Source of the DNA: the human T2T-CHM13v2.0 reference genome, Homo sapiens
NCBI RefSeq assembly: GCF_009914755.1
Contig: NC_060929.1
Length of the DNA: 64,000 nucleotides
Reading direction: 5' to 3' (one strand)
Below, piece by piece: positions 13,374 to 27,258 of the stretch. Under the pieces are notes generated by a model. The model was given only the letters and a program-made list of their open reading frames with translations. It had not been told where the DNA came from and searched no databases. Positions within the stretch are counted from its first letter, which is position 1. Each line of letters opens with the position of its first letter. The position numbers were made by a program, and so were the translations under genes.

Positions 13374-16300
13374 TTTTTTAGTTGACATATCATAATTATA
13401 CGCACGAGACACAATGTGATATTTATATATGTGTAAACAATGTGTAATAATGAAATCATGGTAATTAGCATAGCCATCACCTCAAAAATTTATTATTTCT
13501 TTGTGTTGGGAACTTTCAAAATCATTTTTCTAGCTATTTAAAAACACACAACAAATCACTGTTGACCATAGTCACCCTGCTGTGCTAAAGAACGCTAGAA
13601 TTTATTCCTCCTGTCTAGCCATGATTTTTGTATTCCTTTCAAATCCCTCCCTATCTCCCCTTCCCACTACCTTTCCCCCCTTCCCACTACCTTTCCCAGC
13701 CTATAGTAACCACTATTCTACTGTCTGTTTCTATAAGAGAGCAACTTTGTAAGCTTATACACATGAGTGAGAACATGCAGTATTTGTCTTTCTATACCTG
13801 GCGTCTTTCACTTCGCATAATGTCTTCTAGGCTTATCCATGTTGCTGTGAATGACAGGAATTCATCTTTTTTATGGCTGAATAGTATTCCATTGTGTATA
13901 TATACCACATTTTCTCTAGCCATTCATTCACTGATAGACATTTAGGTTGATTTAATATCTTGACTATTGTGAATAGTGCTGCAATAAATATGGAAATGCA
14001 GATACGTCTTTGACATACTGATTTCCTTTTCTTCAAGTCCCAGCAGTGGGATTGCTGGATCATATAGAAGTTTCATATTTAGTTTTTTTGAGGAAACTCA
14101 ATACTGTTTTTCATAAGGCTTCACTAATCAACGTTCTCATCAATGCTGTACAAGGGTCCCACTTTACATCCTCACCAGCATTTGTTATTGTTTGTCTTTT
14201 TTATAATAGCCATTCTAACTGGGGTGAAATTCTATCTCCTTATGATTTTGATTTGCATTTTCCTGATGATTAGTGATGTTGAGCATTTTTAAAATATACT
14301 TTTTTGGCCATTTGTGTGTCTTCTTTTTAGAGATTCTTGATTAGTTGCCCATTTTAAATTGGATTATTTGGCTCTGGTTTCTCTTAAGTTGGTTGAATTT
14401 CATGTATTTTCTAGATATTAATCTTTTGTTGGATGAATAGTTTGCAAATATTTTTTCTCATTCTGCAGGTTGTCTTTTCACTCTATTGATTGTTTGCTGT
14501 GCAGAAGATTCTTAGTTTTATATAATCCCATTTGTTTATGTTTTGCTCTTATTTTCTGTGCTATTGAGGTCTTTTCCATGAGATCTTTGCCCAGACCAGT
14601 GTTCAGTGTCTTGTGTGTTACCTATGTTTTCTTCTAGTAGTTTTGTAGTTTTGGGTCTTTCATTTAAGTCTTTTATCCATTTTGAGTTAATTCTTATATA
14701 TGGTGAGAGTTAGTGGCTTATTTTTGTTCTTTTGCATATCGATATCCAATATTCTCAGTACCATTTATTGAAGTTATTGTTCTTTCCCCCAGCGTGTCTT
14801 GTTGGAATATTTGTTGAAAATCTGTTGGCTGTAAATATGTGAATTTATTTCTCAGTGCTCTATTTTGTTCAATTGGTCTGTGTGTCTGCTTTTATGCCAG
14901 TACCATGCTGTTTGGGGTGCTATAATTTGTGTCTGTTTTTATGCCAGTACCATGCTGTTTGGGGTACTATAATTTGTAATATATTTTGAAGTCGTGTAGT
15001 GTGATATCTCCACCTCTGACCTTTATTCTCATCTTCATTATTTCTTTTCTTCTACTAATTTTGGGTTTAGTTTCTTCTTGCTTTTCTAGTTCCTTGAGGT
15101 GTACTATTAGGTTGTATATTAAAATCTTTACTTTTTGATGTAGGTGTTTATTGCTATAAACTTTGAAAAGTACTGCTTTTTGCTGTATTTCATAGGTTTT
15201 GGTATGTTTTGTTTCTATTTCCATTTGTTTCAGAAAACTTTTAAATTTTCCTCATCGCTCAGAAATGCTTTAGCTATTCAGGGTCTTTTGTGAGTCCAGA
15301 TAAATTTAAAATTTTTTTCTATTTATGTGAAGCATGCCATTGGTATTTTGATAAGGATTGCACTGAATCTGTAGATTGCTTTGGATAGTATAATCTTTTT
15401 AACAATGTTAATTTTTAATACACAAACATGAGACCTCCTATTTTTGTGTACTCATCTATTTCTTTCACCAGCATTTCTTTCATAGTTATTATTTTAAAGA
15501 TCTTCCACTTCCATGGTTAAATTTATTCCTAGATATCTTTTTCGTAGCTATTGTAAATGAGATTGCTTTCATGACTTCTTTTTTGGCAGTTTATTATTGG
15601 TATATAGAAATGCTACTAATGTTTGCACATTGATTTTGTGTCCTGCAACTTTACCAAATTTGTTTATTAGTTCTAAGAGTTTCTTGATGGAATCTTTAGG
15701 TTCTTTCTATATGTCAGATCATGCCATCTGCAAAGAGAAACAATTTGGCTTCCTCCTTTTCAGTCTGGATGGCCTTTATTTCTGTCTCTTGTCAAATTGC
15801 TCTGGCCAGGAGAGTACTATGTTTAATAACAGTGATGAAAGTGGACATCCTTGTATTGTTTCAGTTCTTAGACAAAAAGTTTTCAACTTTTTCCTATTCA
15901 GCATGATGTTAGCTGTGGACTTGTCATGTATGGTTTTTATCATGTTGAAGTATATTCCTTCTGTGTCTAGTTTGCTGAGAGTTTTTATTATGAAGAATGT
16001 TGAATGTTATCAAATCTTTTTTCTTCATCAATTAAGATGATCATATAATTTTTACCCTTCATTCTGTTGATGTGATGTAGCACATGTATTGATTTGCATA
16101 TGTTGATTTGCATATTTACATTGCTAGGATAACTTCTTGATCATAGTGTATGATCTTTTTGATGTGTTGTTGGATTCACTTTCCTGGTATTTTGTTGAGA
16201 GCTTTTCTATCTATGTTCATCAGGAATATTGGCCTATAGTTTGTGTGTGTGTTTGTCTTTGTGTGGTTTTTGTGTCAGGGTAATTCTGGCCTCACAGAAT

Positions 16301-19300
16301 GAGTTTGGCAGAATTTTCTTCCCTTCAAATACTTGGAATAGTTAGAGAAGAATTGGTGTTAGTTCTTCTTTAAAAGTTTGGTAGTATTCAATTGTGAAGC
16401 CATCGGGTACTTGGTTTTTCTTTGTTGGGAGACATTGTATTATTGATTCAATCTCATAACTTACTGTTGGTTTGTTTAGGTTTTCTGTTTCTTCTGGGTT
16501 CAATCTTGATAGCCTATATGTGTCCAAGAATTTATTCATTTTCTCTAGGTGTTCTAATTTGTTGGCATATAATTGTTTATAATAGTCTCTGATGAGCCTT
16601 TGTCTTTCTGTGGTATTAGTTGCAATATCTGCTTTTTTGTTTCTGATTTTATTTGGTTCTTTTCTCCTTTCTTCTTAGTCTAGCTAATGGTTTGTCAATT
16701 TTGTCTATGTAAAAAACACTTTTTATTGTATTTGTTATTTTGCATGTTTGAGACTTAATTCTGTTTATTTCTACCCTGGTCTTTATTATTTTTTTCTTAT
16801 ACTAATTTTGGGTTTAGTTTCTTCTTGCTTTTCTAGTTCCTTGAGGTGCACCATTAGGTCATATATCTGAAATCTTTACTTTTTGATGTAGGCATTTATT
16901 GCTATAAACTTCTCTCTAAGTACTGCTTTTGCTTTATCTTATAGGTTTTGGTATGTTTTGTTTCTACTTTTATTTGTTACAAAAACTTTCAAATTTTCTG
17001 AATTTCTTCAATGGCCCAATGGTTGTTGAGGAGCCTGTTGTTTAATTTCCGTGTCTTTGCCCAGTTTAAAAAGTTCCTTTTGTTATTGATATCTCGTTTT
17101 ATTCCACTGTGGTCCGTAAAGATAGTTGACATGGTTTTGATTTTTAAGAAAATGGTTGAGACTTATTTCGTGGCCTAACACATGATCTATTCTAGAGAAT
17201 GTTCCGTGTGCTGCTGAGAATGTATATTCTGTAGCTGTTGGATGAAATGTCCTATAAATGTCTGTGAGGTCCATTTGTTATATAGTGCCGCTTAAAGCGG
17301 ATGTTTCTTTGTTAATTTTCTGTCTAGATGATCTGTTCAATACTTACAGTGAAATGTTGAAATCCTCAACTATTATTGTATTGGAGCATATCTCTCCCTT
17401 TAGATCTGATAATATTTGCTATTTGTATCTGGGTGCTCTGGTGTTCCTTGCATATTTATTTACAATTGTTATATCCTCTTGCACAAATCCCTTCATTATA
17501 TAATGCCCTTCTTTGTCTCTTTTTACAGTCTTTGACTTAAAATCTACTTTGTCTAAGTACAGTTATACTTTGGAGATACTGAGGGTTCAGTTCCAGAACA
17601 TTGCAATAAAGTGAATATCACGATCAAACAATCAAACCAAAGTTTTTCTTGGTTTTCTAGTACATGAAAGAGTTATGTTTACTCTATACTGTCATCTATT
17701 AAGTGTGTAATAGCATTACATCTAAAAAACATTGTACATATCTTAATTAAAAATTACTTTATTGCTAAATACTGCTAATGCAAAGAAACAAAGATAGCAC
17801 ATGCTGATGGAAAAGTAGGGCCAATAGACTTGCTTAGTGCAAGGTTGCCACAAACCTTCAATTTTTTAAAAATTCAGTATCTGCAAAGTACAATAAAGTG
17901 AAACGCAATAAAACAAAATATGCCTGTACAGCGACTCCCACTTGCTTTAGGTTTCTATTTGCATGGACTATCTTTTTTCTCCCTTATCTTTCAGTTTATC
18001 TGTATTTTCACAGGTGAAGTGTGAGTTTCTTGTAATAGATAGTATATAGTTGGGTCTTTTAAAAGATCCATTTAACTAGTCTACATTTTTTTTAATTGGA
18101 TAATTTAATTTATTTACATTCATGTTTATTATCAATAAGTAAGAACTTATTTCTGCTGTTTTCTTAATTGGTTTTCTGGTTGTTTTACATATCATTTGTT
18201 CCTTTCTTCTTCTCTTATTGTTTATCTTTGCATTTCGTGGTTTTCTGTAGTGATAAGGTTTGGTTCTTTTCTCGTTCTTATTTGTAAATCTGTTCTAACA
18301 GTGAGTTTTATACATTCATTTTTGTTTATGATGGTAGTTATCATCCTTTCACTTTCATATGTATGATTTCCTTACACATTTCTTGCAAAACAGGTTTAGC
18401 GGTGATGATTTCTCTCAGTTTTTGCTTGTCTTGGGAAGACTAATTTTCATTCATTCTGAAAATAGCTTTGCTCGGTATAGCCTTCTTAGTTGAAAGAATT
18501 TGTTTGTTTGTTTTTACACTTTTAATATACTAACCCAATCTCTCTTGGCCTTTAAGGCTTCTACTGATAAATCTGCTGATAGCCTAATGAGAATTCCTTT
18601 AAATGTGACTTGATGCTTTTTTCTTGCAGTTTTTAGAATTCTCTCTTCGTCTTTCACTTTTGGCTATAACATGTTTGGCTATAACAGTTTGACTATAACA
18701 TGCCATGGAGAGAAAATTTTTGGATTATATATGGGGAATTTTCAGCTTTTTTGATCTGGTTGTTCATATCTCTGCCAAGACTGGGGAATTTTTCAGATAT
18801 TATTTTATTAAATATCTTTACTATAACTTTTTCTATCTCTTCTTCTTCAGAAGAATTTTGGCCATTTCCCAAAGTGCAAGTATTTGTTTGCTTAACGGTG
18901 CCCCATAAGTCCCATTTAAAAAAAAAGTTTCTTTACTTTTTTATTTTTTTATTTTTTTTTGTCTGATTATGTCATTTCAAAAAGTTTGTCTTCAAGCTCA
19001 GAAATGTCTTCTTTTACTTCATCTAGTCTGTTCTGTAAGGTCTCAATTGTATTTTTTATTTCATTCATTGAATTCCTCACCTCAAAGGTTTGTTTGATTT
19101 TTTTCTAATAGTTCCTATCTCTTTATGGAATTTCTTATTCAAAACATAAGAAATTTGATTTCCTGATTTTGTTAAATCATCTACCTGTATTCTCTTGTGT
19201 CTTAGTGAGTTTCCTTAACATTATTATTTTGAATTTGTTTTCAGGCATTTCATAGATTTTCTTTTCTTTGGGAGTATCTTACTGGAGAATTATTGTGTTT

Positions 19301-20570
19301 CTTTTGCTATGGCTTTTTATTTCTTTTTGCCTTTTCATGTTTCTTGAGTCTCTATGTTGATATCAACACACCTTGTGGAACATCTACTTCTTTCAATTTT
19401 ATGGGGTAGCTTCCATATGGTAAGACTTTTTCTTAGAGATGTGTTCTACAGCATCGGTTGGGTAGCATGCTTTGGCTTTCATTCTGAGTGGGTACATTAT
19501 ATAGTCTCTATGTATTTCTTTGGCTATAATCAATGTAATTTCTTTGGCTATCATCAATGTCAGTGGTGTCTGTGAGTATTTTAGTGGCCTAGAATGTAGG
19601 TATTTGTGGAGGCAAGACTTTGCTGGGGAAAGGGGCAACCAGGTAGGCCAGTTCTCAGGCCCTGGGTGAGTGCATGCCAAGTGTGATGGCTCCACTGGTT
19701 GTGGGGGCAGGGCAGGATCATTGGCAGTGGGGGCCCCGGTCAGGTGAGTAGTTGGACCCTGGGAAGCACATGCAGTGTGTGATGGCTTTACCAGTTGAAG
19801 CGTCAGAGTCACCACTGGTGATGGGCATTGGGCGGCCAGTCCTCAGTCCCTGGGGAGCACACATGTTAGTTTCCTCAGTCTTGGGGGTGGCCTTCCCACT
19901 GTTCTTGATTGCTTTTTTTTGGTTGGGGGGCGATGAGGGGGTGCAGGATGCTGTGTGGGCTTCAGTGCCAGAGTCACAGTTGTACTTCTGGATCTAACTG
20001 GGGTTGTGTAATTATAGCCTGTTGTGTGGGTTTGGTGAGAATAAGTCAGGCCCTCAGAAATGTGGAGATGCAGGGGCTATTAACTCCTAGGGCAGGATGC
20101 ATTCTAGCCATAGTTTTGTTCCAAAAATGGCATTGTGCTGTGGCAGCTTGGATCCTGGGTAGTGGGGGGTGACTAAGTGTTAGTTCATTCCCTGGAGTGA
20201 TGGAGCTGTGTGAACTCTAGGCAGTTCTCTACACTGGGCTCAGAGCCTGTGAGGGTTGAGTGGCCCTGTTGTGGCTAGGATTGCATGTGTCCATGGTGGT
20301 AGTTGAGAGTTCTGGGAATCTCCAGCTTACCTTTTCCAATCAGGGGGATTCCCGCTTGGTACCACGCTGATCTTAGCTGAGGACTTCGCTTCCCTCTCTA
20401 TGGTGCCATCCTGAGTTTCTGTCCTTCAAAGGGTTTTCATCACTTCCTAGCTGAATTCCAGTGTTCTCTCTCAGACACCACTCAAAATGTAGTTGCTTAT
20501 TTGTTATTTTGGTTCTTCTTTGTGGAGACATGAGTGGTGGGAATCTCTTTAGCCATTTTGATGACATAAT
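13374..20570 (-). mobile_element. Near full-length L1MA-type (about MA4/MA5) element, antisense, decayed
   Basis: L1MA 3'UTR at 13.4-13.9 kb; ORF2p pieces 13833-14063, 16342-16539 ([18 protein letters not shown]), 17083-17274 (DLTDIYRTFHP..FSRIDH, endonuclease); ORF1-like 18.4-19.3 kb; GC-richer 5'UTR ending gccattttg near 20560. Confidence 0.9.
17560..17926 (-). mobile_element. Tigger1 internal-deletion derivative nested in the L1MA
   Basis: TA TSDs (17558-17559, 17927-17928); ends cagttatac...ggagata and gcaataaaacaaaatatgcctg match both Tigger1 termini. Confidence 0.88.
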
Positions 20571-21871
20571 CAGTGACATGCCTGGTTTTGGGAGTCCCCA
20601 GGTCAGAGTTATGTCTTTTTGATGGCTAAAAATAGGCAGCACCTAATGCCAACTTTTATGACTGTCAAGAAAAGAGGAAAACCTGGATTGTTGAGGTCCA
20701 GGGTGTCCCTCTTTCCTTGTATAAATGGTACTCAGAAAGCCACAAAGGAAATGAAAGACAACTCTGCTTGAGGTTGAAGAGAAAGGCTGAGGAGGATAAG
20801 TTGAAGATTTACTGCAACCTGGAGCCTCTAGTGAAGCCACTGGCCCTTCTGCCACCTTTTCCCCACACAACTTTATTGTTTAAATGTTACACCAACCTCA
20901 AAGGTCAACGTTTGCAGATCTTCCTTGCCGGGACTCACACTCTGCTGTCTTGCAACCCAGCATTTCTCAGGGAGCCTGCCAAGGAAAGGCCATGCCAGTC
21001 AGTAATCTGGCTGCAAATTTGCAAGAAGATCAAACAAAATGCTATGTTTGGGATAGCTTTTCTCTTTCTGTGTGGTGTGCAGAGGCTGAAAAATCACCGT
21101 AGCTTACTGTGGCAAGAAAGAATGTGCGTATATGAAGAAAATGCTTCTTGGGGAATTATATTTCAGGAGTAAGCAGATCATTTGATACCTGGATTTTGGG
21201 CCTCCTGGCTAAGAGTCCTGGCTGAGTTCACCACCTTGAAACCACAATCTGGGTCACAATACTGCATGCCTCATGAGCAAAGGGAGGGTGTATGTAGGCA
21301 GGCTGTATAAGTGTCAGAGTGGAGACAAACTATCTTTGTTTCTAGAATCTCAGAGAGCATCTTGGGAAGCAGAGTTCTTTGTTTCCGGAAGTCAAAAAAA
21401 GCAAGATCCAAGTTGACTATGACCTCTATGGTCTATTCAGGAAGGTCTGTCAGAACTACACCATCCACCCTCTAGCTGGCTTATTCCTGTGCATATAGAA
21501 TGTCTGTGCTGTGTCTGATCAGAACCATTCCCTCTTCACTTTCTAACACATTTTCCAGGCAGGCAAGGATCCCAGATGAGAACCAGAATATCTGTGGACT
21601 TAGGGTATCTGTCTCTGCTAGAGGCCTGACCATGTCCTAGCAGTTCATTCACAGGGGCCAAAAAGTTAGGGAGGCCATTTTTGGTCTCCAAGATAAATGT
21701 GTTCCCTAAAATGTTTGTGCACTGCATCTTTGATCTGTTTCAGGTCACCAAATTGAAAAAATCTTGGCAAGGATTCAGAGAGAATTATAACCTAGAGTTA
21801 GCCTTTCAAAGGCTGTGACCTAAGAACCCAGCAGTAGCCATGTAATGGTTTGTAGAGAATGGCATGGAGTC

Positions 21872-22322
21872 TGGATTAGTCACGATTTTCCAGAGAAACA
21901 GTATATTGGCTCACATAGTTAAGGAGGGGAGAAATTTTACAGTCTGTCTGCAAGGCTGGAGACCAGGGGAAGCTACTGCAAATCAAGAGGCCTGAAAATC
22001 AGGTGGCTGATGGTTTCAGCCCACATCTGAGTTCAAAGACCCAAGAACCAGGAGCACCTGTGTCTGAGGGCAGGCTAAGATCATTGTCTCAGTTCAGAGA
22101 GAACAAATTCCCCTTTCCTCTGCCTTTTTGTTATATTTGCGTTCTCAACAGATTGGACATATATGCCATCTACATTGTTGAGGGTTGGTCTTCCTCACCT
22201 CAGTCCATGGATTTAAATCCTCATCTCTTCTCAAACCCTGACAGATACACCCAGAAATAATGTTTTACCAACTATCTTGAGTATTCGTTAGCCCAGTCAA
22301 GTTGACAGAATTAACTATCACA
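21872..22322 (-). mobile_element. MLT2B-type (ERVL) solo LTR
   Basis: Ends ...gcccagtcaagttgacagaattaactatcaca; 5-bp TSD gagtc / gagtt. Confidence 0.88.
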
Positions 22323-24002
22323 GAGTTCAGCTTTTTAGAAGCATTGAAGTATTTATAAAATTCTAATTGTTTTGCACCCACCGAATGCAAGCATTTTCAA
22401 TTTTTTTGCCAGACTATTTGGCACAATGTAGACAACTTCTGAGCACTGGGGAATACGCCTTCTCCTATCATTTGCCCTGGGGCATGGACCTTTTGCCCTG
22501 GCAAGTTTCATAACATTTTAATCCTTTCCCTTCCTCAACTGTGTGATGGTGACCACAATGCATCAGGAAAGTCCTAGTAAGAAAGACCCTTCAATATCTG
22601 GCTTGATGTCACCAAGATGTGCAAATATAAAAACAACACAATGTCAAGTTACCGTTCTGGAAGGGAGTGAGAGCTGTGGTGGGCAGCTGGAGAGGAGGCA
22701 GGTCAACCTCTTGTTGACACCTTCCTGCCAAGGTGAGGCTTTCTTGGTAATTCTCTTGTCCCAAGAGAAAGGACACACAGAAGCAATGGTTTGAGACATG
22801 TGCTTTTTCTTCACGCAAAGAAAAGTGAGTTGTGACAGATCACCCTCACATAAGTGAAAATAAATGTGGCTTTTACAGTAACATTAACAAAAATTGAAAA
22901 TAAAAAGGATCATTAGTCAAAAATGCAGGTGACATAAAGTATCATACTAAATGATTGATGAAGCAAAAAATATTGCAAGAATCTATTTCACCACAACAAG
23001 TGGCATTTATTTCTCTACTTGGAGAGTTCGTGGGGAATAATTGGAGTTTCCCTGAGACACTTACCTGTCTTTTGATGTTTACTGAATGTGTTTATTAAAA
23101 CTCACATCACACTTTCAGTGGAAATCATTTTTTTCTTGATTCACCTCAAGTGATCTCAGGCATGGAAATATGGAAAATGTTATATGAAGTTTTATGGAAA
23201 TTGTTATATAAAGTTCCATACACAAATCACTGAATTATTTACTTTGTTGCAGCCATTTCTGGAGACAAATGGAGTTTCCCAGCATGTGTGGCTCCTACAG
23301 GTCCCTGGAGGCCAGCTGGGCAGAAAACGTGGGAGAAGCCATGGAGAACCCACTGCTGGGCTGGCTGGCTGCCAACATTCACTGCAGAAACAACATGATG
23401 TTTTCTGCCTAATTAGCAGTGATATAAAGAGTGACTGAGAGAAATGTGAGGGTCTCAGTGTCTGAGAAGGGGTCCCCCACTTGAATTGGACAGACCCCAC
23501 TTTCCTCCTTAAATTCACGTGCTTATGTGTCCACCCCAGATGTCCTCTTTGCCTCTAAACAATTAACTCCGATAAACTAAGTCATAAAACCCAATGCTTC
23601 ATTTTTTAAATTGTGGACATATTATTATGAGTATTTATTACATGTGTGTGCACACCAAAATGCAGGTGGGGATGAAAAATGTGGCTAAATGCAACCCCAC
23701 CTCTGGAAAAACTAAACCAGGTTAAAATGAAGTCCTATTTTAGTCTTAATTTAGTTTTAGCAGCATGTTCTTTCTGTGGCAGACACTGGATGGTCAGTGG
23801 TTTAGTGGCGGGATCATTTGCTGGCCATCCGCCCCTGGAATTCCTGGGACCAGTTATGCACCAGCAGTTAACTGGACAGTTCCAGTGCTCTGCTTTTCTG
23901 TGGGCCTCCATGGAATAGCATGTGTCTACTTTGCAGAGGGCCCGTGGGATGTGGCCAGGCCAGCTGATGGTCTCACAAAGACAGGCTTGCTCTGAGTCCA
24001 TG

Positions 24003-24329
24003 TGTATTAGTCTGTTTTCATGCTGCTGATATCCAATACTGGATAATTTATACAGGAAAAAGGGTTTAATGGACTTACAATTCCACATGGCTGGGGAGGC
24101 CTCACAATTATGGTGGAAGGTAAAAGGCACTTCTCACATGGTGGCAGACAAGAGAAGAAGAAAGCTTGTGCAGGGAAACTCCCCCTTTAAGACCATCAGA
24201 TCTCATGAATCTTATTCACTATCATGAGAACAGCATGGGAAAGACCTGCCCCTATGATTCCATTACCTCCCACCAGGTTCCTCCCACAATACCTGGGAAT
24301 TCAAGATGAGACACAGCCGAACCACATCA
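24003..24329 (-). mobile_element. THE1 (A/B) MaLR solo LTR
   Basis: tgtattagtctgttttcatgctgctgata...acacagccgaaccacatca; TSD ccatg / tcatg. Confidence 0.93.
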
Positions 24330-25281
24330 TCATGGGAGGGGCAAGAATCTCTGCAGACTGGCTGGGCTTCCTAGTTAGCCTTAGCTTATCCCTGGAGACT
24401 CCAGAAGCAAAGAGGGCACGTACCCTGATGTCCTCTCAACTCCTGATTCCTTTTCCTCTTGAGTTTAGAAACTGTATGAGGAGTGACATCTCCCTTTACT
24501 CAGTTTTGGTATCTAATGTAAGACTTAGCTATAACAAATTAGCTTCTCTTAGGGTTTTCCCACTTTTGAAGTCTGCTGATGATAGACATTTTATTGAGGA
24601 GAGTATGAGAGTCAAAAATTCCAAATGCTATGAGAAACCCAGGAGAGCATGGAGGAAAATAAGAGCAGCTACTATTTGCTAGTGACAAAGTTTGTCCCAG
24701 GCAAGACAGTAGAGGCTTTGCCTGTGTTATCTTAGGTCCAGATGCTTGGGGAAGTCTAAGGAGGCTTCACAAGTTAATGGCCTTAGCTCTGAGAAGAATG
24801 GTTGAACAGGAGGATGAAGGACAACCGAAACCAAGTGAGCAGAGCAGGAGACAGGAGCTCACCCTTAGCATCCTACTCCTGAGTCAGGCCAGGCCCTTGG
24901 GCACTGGCTTTCCTCTGAGCTTCCTAGGATGCTGGGATGGCTTAGGAGGCGGAACCCTGCATTAGTCCAGCTCTAACAACAGTGTCCTTGCGATAGGAAT
25001 TCCTGAGTGTCCAAAACACTTTGGAAGAGTTGAGAAAATGTTTATATTAGAGCTCATGTCTTTCTTGTTAAAATTTTATTCACTCAAAATCAAATTATTT
25101 TGTTACAGATGGGGACTGAAATTTGGCAAAAATTGGCCAAATATACAGTGGTATTTGGATGTTATCTTGAAATTCATATAATTTAAATCATTCTGTCAGG
25201 GACCTTTAATAATTATTGCAGCTCCAAAAAGACTGTATGGTTCCAGAAAAATGAGGAGTGTCTTTGTGCACATGGTAACAT

Positions 25282-25804
25282 TGATGCAGGACTTTTTGCT
25301 CCTTAGTTCAGCTAAAATCCTGGTTCTTGTCTCATGACCAGGAAAAATTTGGCACACAGACACATTTAAAGGTGAGGAGGGCAGAATTTATTAAGCAAAA
25401 TAAAAGCTCTCAACAAAAAGAGGGGACCTGCATGCTGGTTTTCCACCTCACAAAATCGAACACCAGGTTGCCACACACAAGTTGAAGAGGCCGAGCTCCT
25501 CCCCAGCATAAGGCACGATTTCCTGGTGGCTCCACCTGCTCCGCCAGTGCACATGCTGGCATGCCCAGGTAAGCCGTAGGTAGTATCAGAAAAGGCAGCA
25601 TTTGATTGGTTAAAAGGCATTATTCAGAAAGAATCAATTGGGAGTGGGCGGGCAAACAGAAGCAGTTCTTCCTCTGGATCTGGGGTTTCATCCGGGACCA
25701 GCAGTCAGGTCTTTCAGCCCTCATGCTGTTTCAGGCTTAAAGGTGGGTTTCATGAAGAACTGTTCGCTATCTGCCCAGGCATTTGTCTCCTTCTGCCTCT
25801 ACCA
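25282..25804 (-). mobile_element. ERV1 solo LTR, LTR9/MER61-like
   Basis: TG...CA ends, exact 4-bp TSD ACAT (25278-25281, 25805-25808), AATAAA and CCAAT on the minus strand. Confidence 0.85.
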
Positions 25805-25979
25805 ACATGGACAATTGACTTCCTGTTCCATCATTTATTGGTCCACGTTCCTTTTAACCCAGAGTAAAACAAAGCATAGCCTTTTATCAAGGAGACCTAC
25901 ACAGAGATGCCCAGCATTTTTCACAGTGTGTTGTAATGAACATAAATACTCTGGACTCACAGATTCAATTGCCAAATAA

Positions 25980-26185
25980 ATTTGGGAGGAGCATCTTATG
26001 AAAGTTCTGTCTTAGAGATTCATAGTGCAGGCCAGCATACTGAAGATATGAATCCCTGTAATATATAACTAAGCAATTTTGTGAATCTCCTCATTCCTCT
26101 AAATTCTTTGACAGTGGAACACTTACTAATGTAAAACATAGAAACTCCACAAAATGGTGTGTTTTTAAATTGCACCCTGGGTAAT
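25980..26185. mobile_element. Possible MER103-like hAT remnant
   Basis: ttagagattcatagtgcaggccagcatact...tttgacagtggaac resembles MER103; very diverged. Confidence 0.35.
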
Positions 26186-27159
26186 ATCTTTTATTTTTAA
26201 ACCTCCCCACTGAATGGGAAGGACTGTATTTACGTCCGTTTTTGATAGCTTGGGCACATTTCTAAGTGTTAGAACTCTGACACGAAATGATCTCTAAAAT
26301 CTTGTAATTCTTTCCTTGGGGTTTCCACAGCAGGAAATCTCTTGCTGATTCCAACCAGGTGGCTCCATGGGAGAATTGTTCTTATGAATTCACTTTGACT
26401 TTTTATTTAGAGACATTTAAGCCATGTGACTATGTGCTTCCTTTATCATTCCACAAGAAACCTATAATTAAATATACTGTGAGAGGTTTAACCCAGCCAA
26501 GCCTTAACTGGAGCAGAGCTTTGATACTGAGCAAGACAACCAGTTTCATGGTTACCAGATCACCTTAATGTAAATTAAAAATTTCAGTCATCCATGAGGA
26601 GAAGGAATTGCAACCATAGACTCACAACAAAAGCAGACGAAAATTTATACGTTGTTATTAGAAGATTGATGATAGTTTGGATTCAATTAGGAAAAGTTAC
26701 ACATTTCCAAAGTAGCCTTAGCAGACATTTATAATACTTCTTTATGATTTTAACAATAAATGTTTTATGTGGTGCCATTTCTTGATGTCTAAAATTTATT
26801 CTGTGTGTTTTTAAGCTTACAGTTGTCAACCTTAAATAGTAATCTAAGAAATCCACCAATGGGAGCTTAAATGTTGAGTTATGATGACTTGTCTAGAATC
26901 AATAGATATTATAAAATCTCTCTGTGTGTCTTTCTTTCTTTTTAAAATAGCTACAGTGTTGTTGTTTTTTTTTTTTAACTTGGAACGATAGAAAGAGACC
27001 GCATTGCCCAATAAAGACATTGGGTTGAGGACCCCAGGTCTTCTGGTCACGGGGTTGCCCCCCAGGCCTGTTCCAGGGTCTAACGTAGGGGTAGCCCACC
27101 CACTTCCTGTTCACATGTCATCTCTCAAGGTGGCGCAGGAGGCAGGAGGCCTGGATTTG

Positions 27160-27258
27160 CTTCCCTGTTACTATTTACTAGTGATGTGATTTTGTGCAGA
27201 AAGATTGTCTTTCTGAGTCTCATTTTCTCATTTCTAAAATGTGGGTAGAAATACAGTC
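27160..27258 (+). mobile_element. MIR fragment
   Basis: tctgagtctcattttctcatttctaaaatgtggg, MIR core-like. Confidence 0.6.

Noticed and set aside
14881-14974. Direct repeats as a CRISPR-like array
   Set aside because: Two adjacent copies without spacers inside L1 in a primate genome
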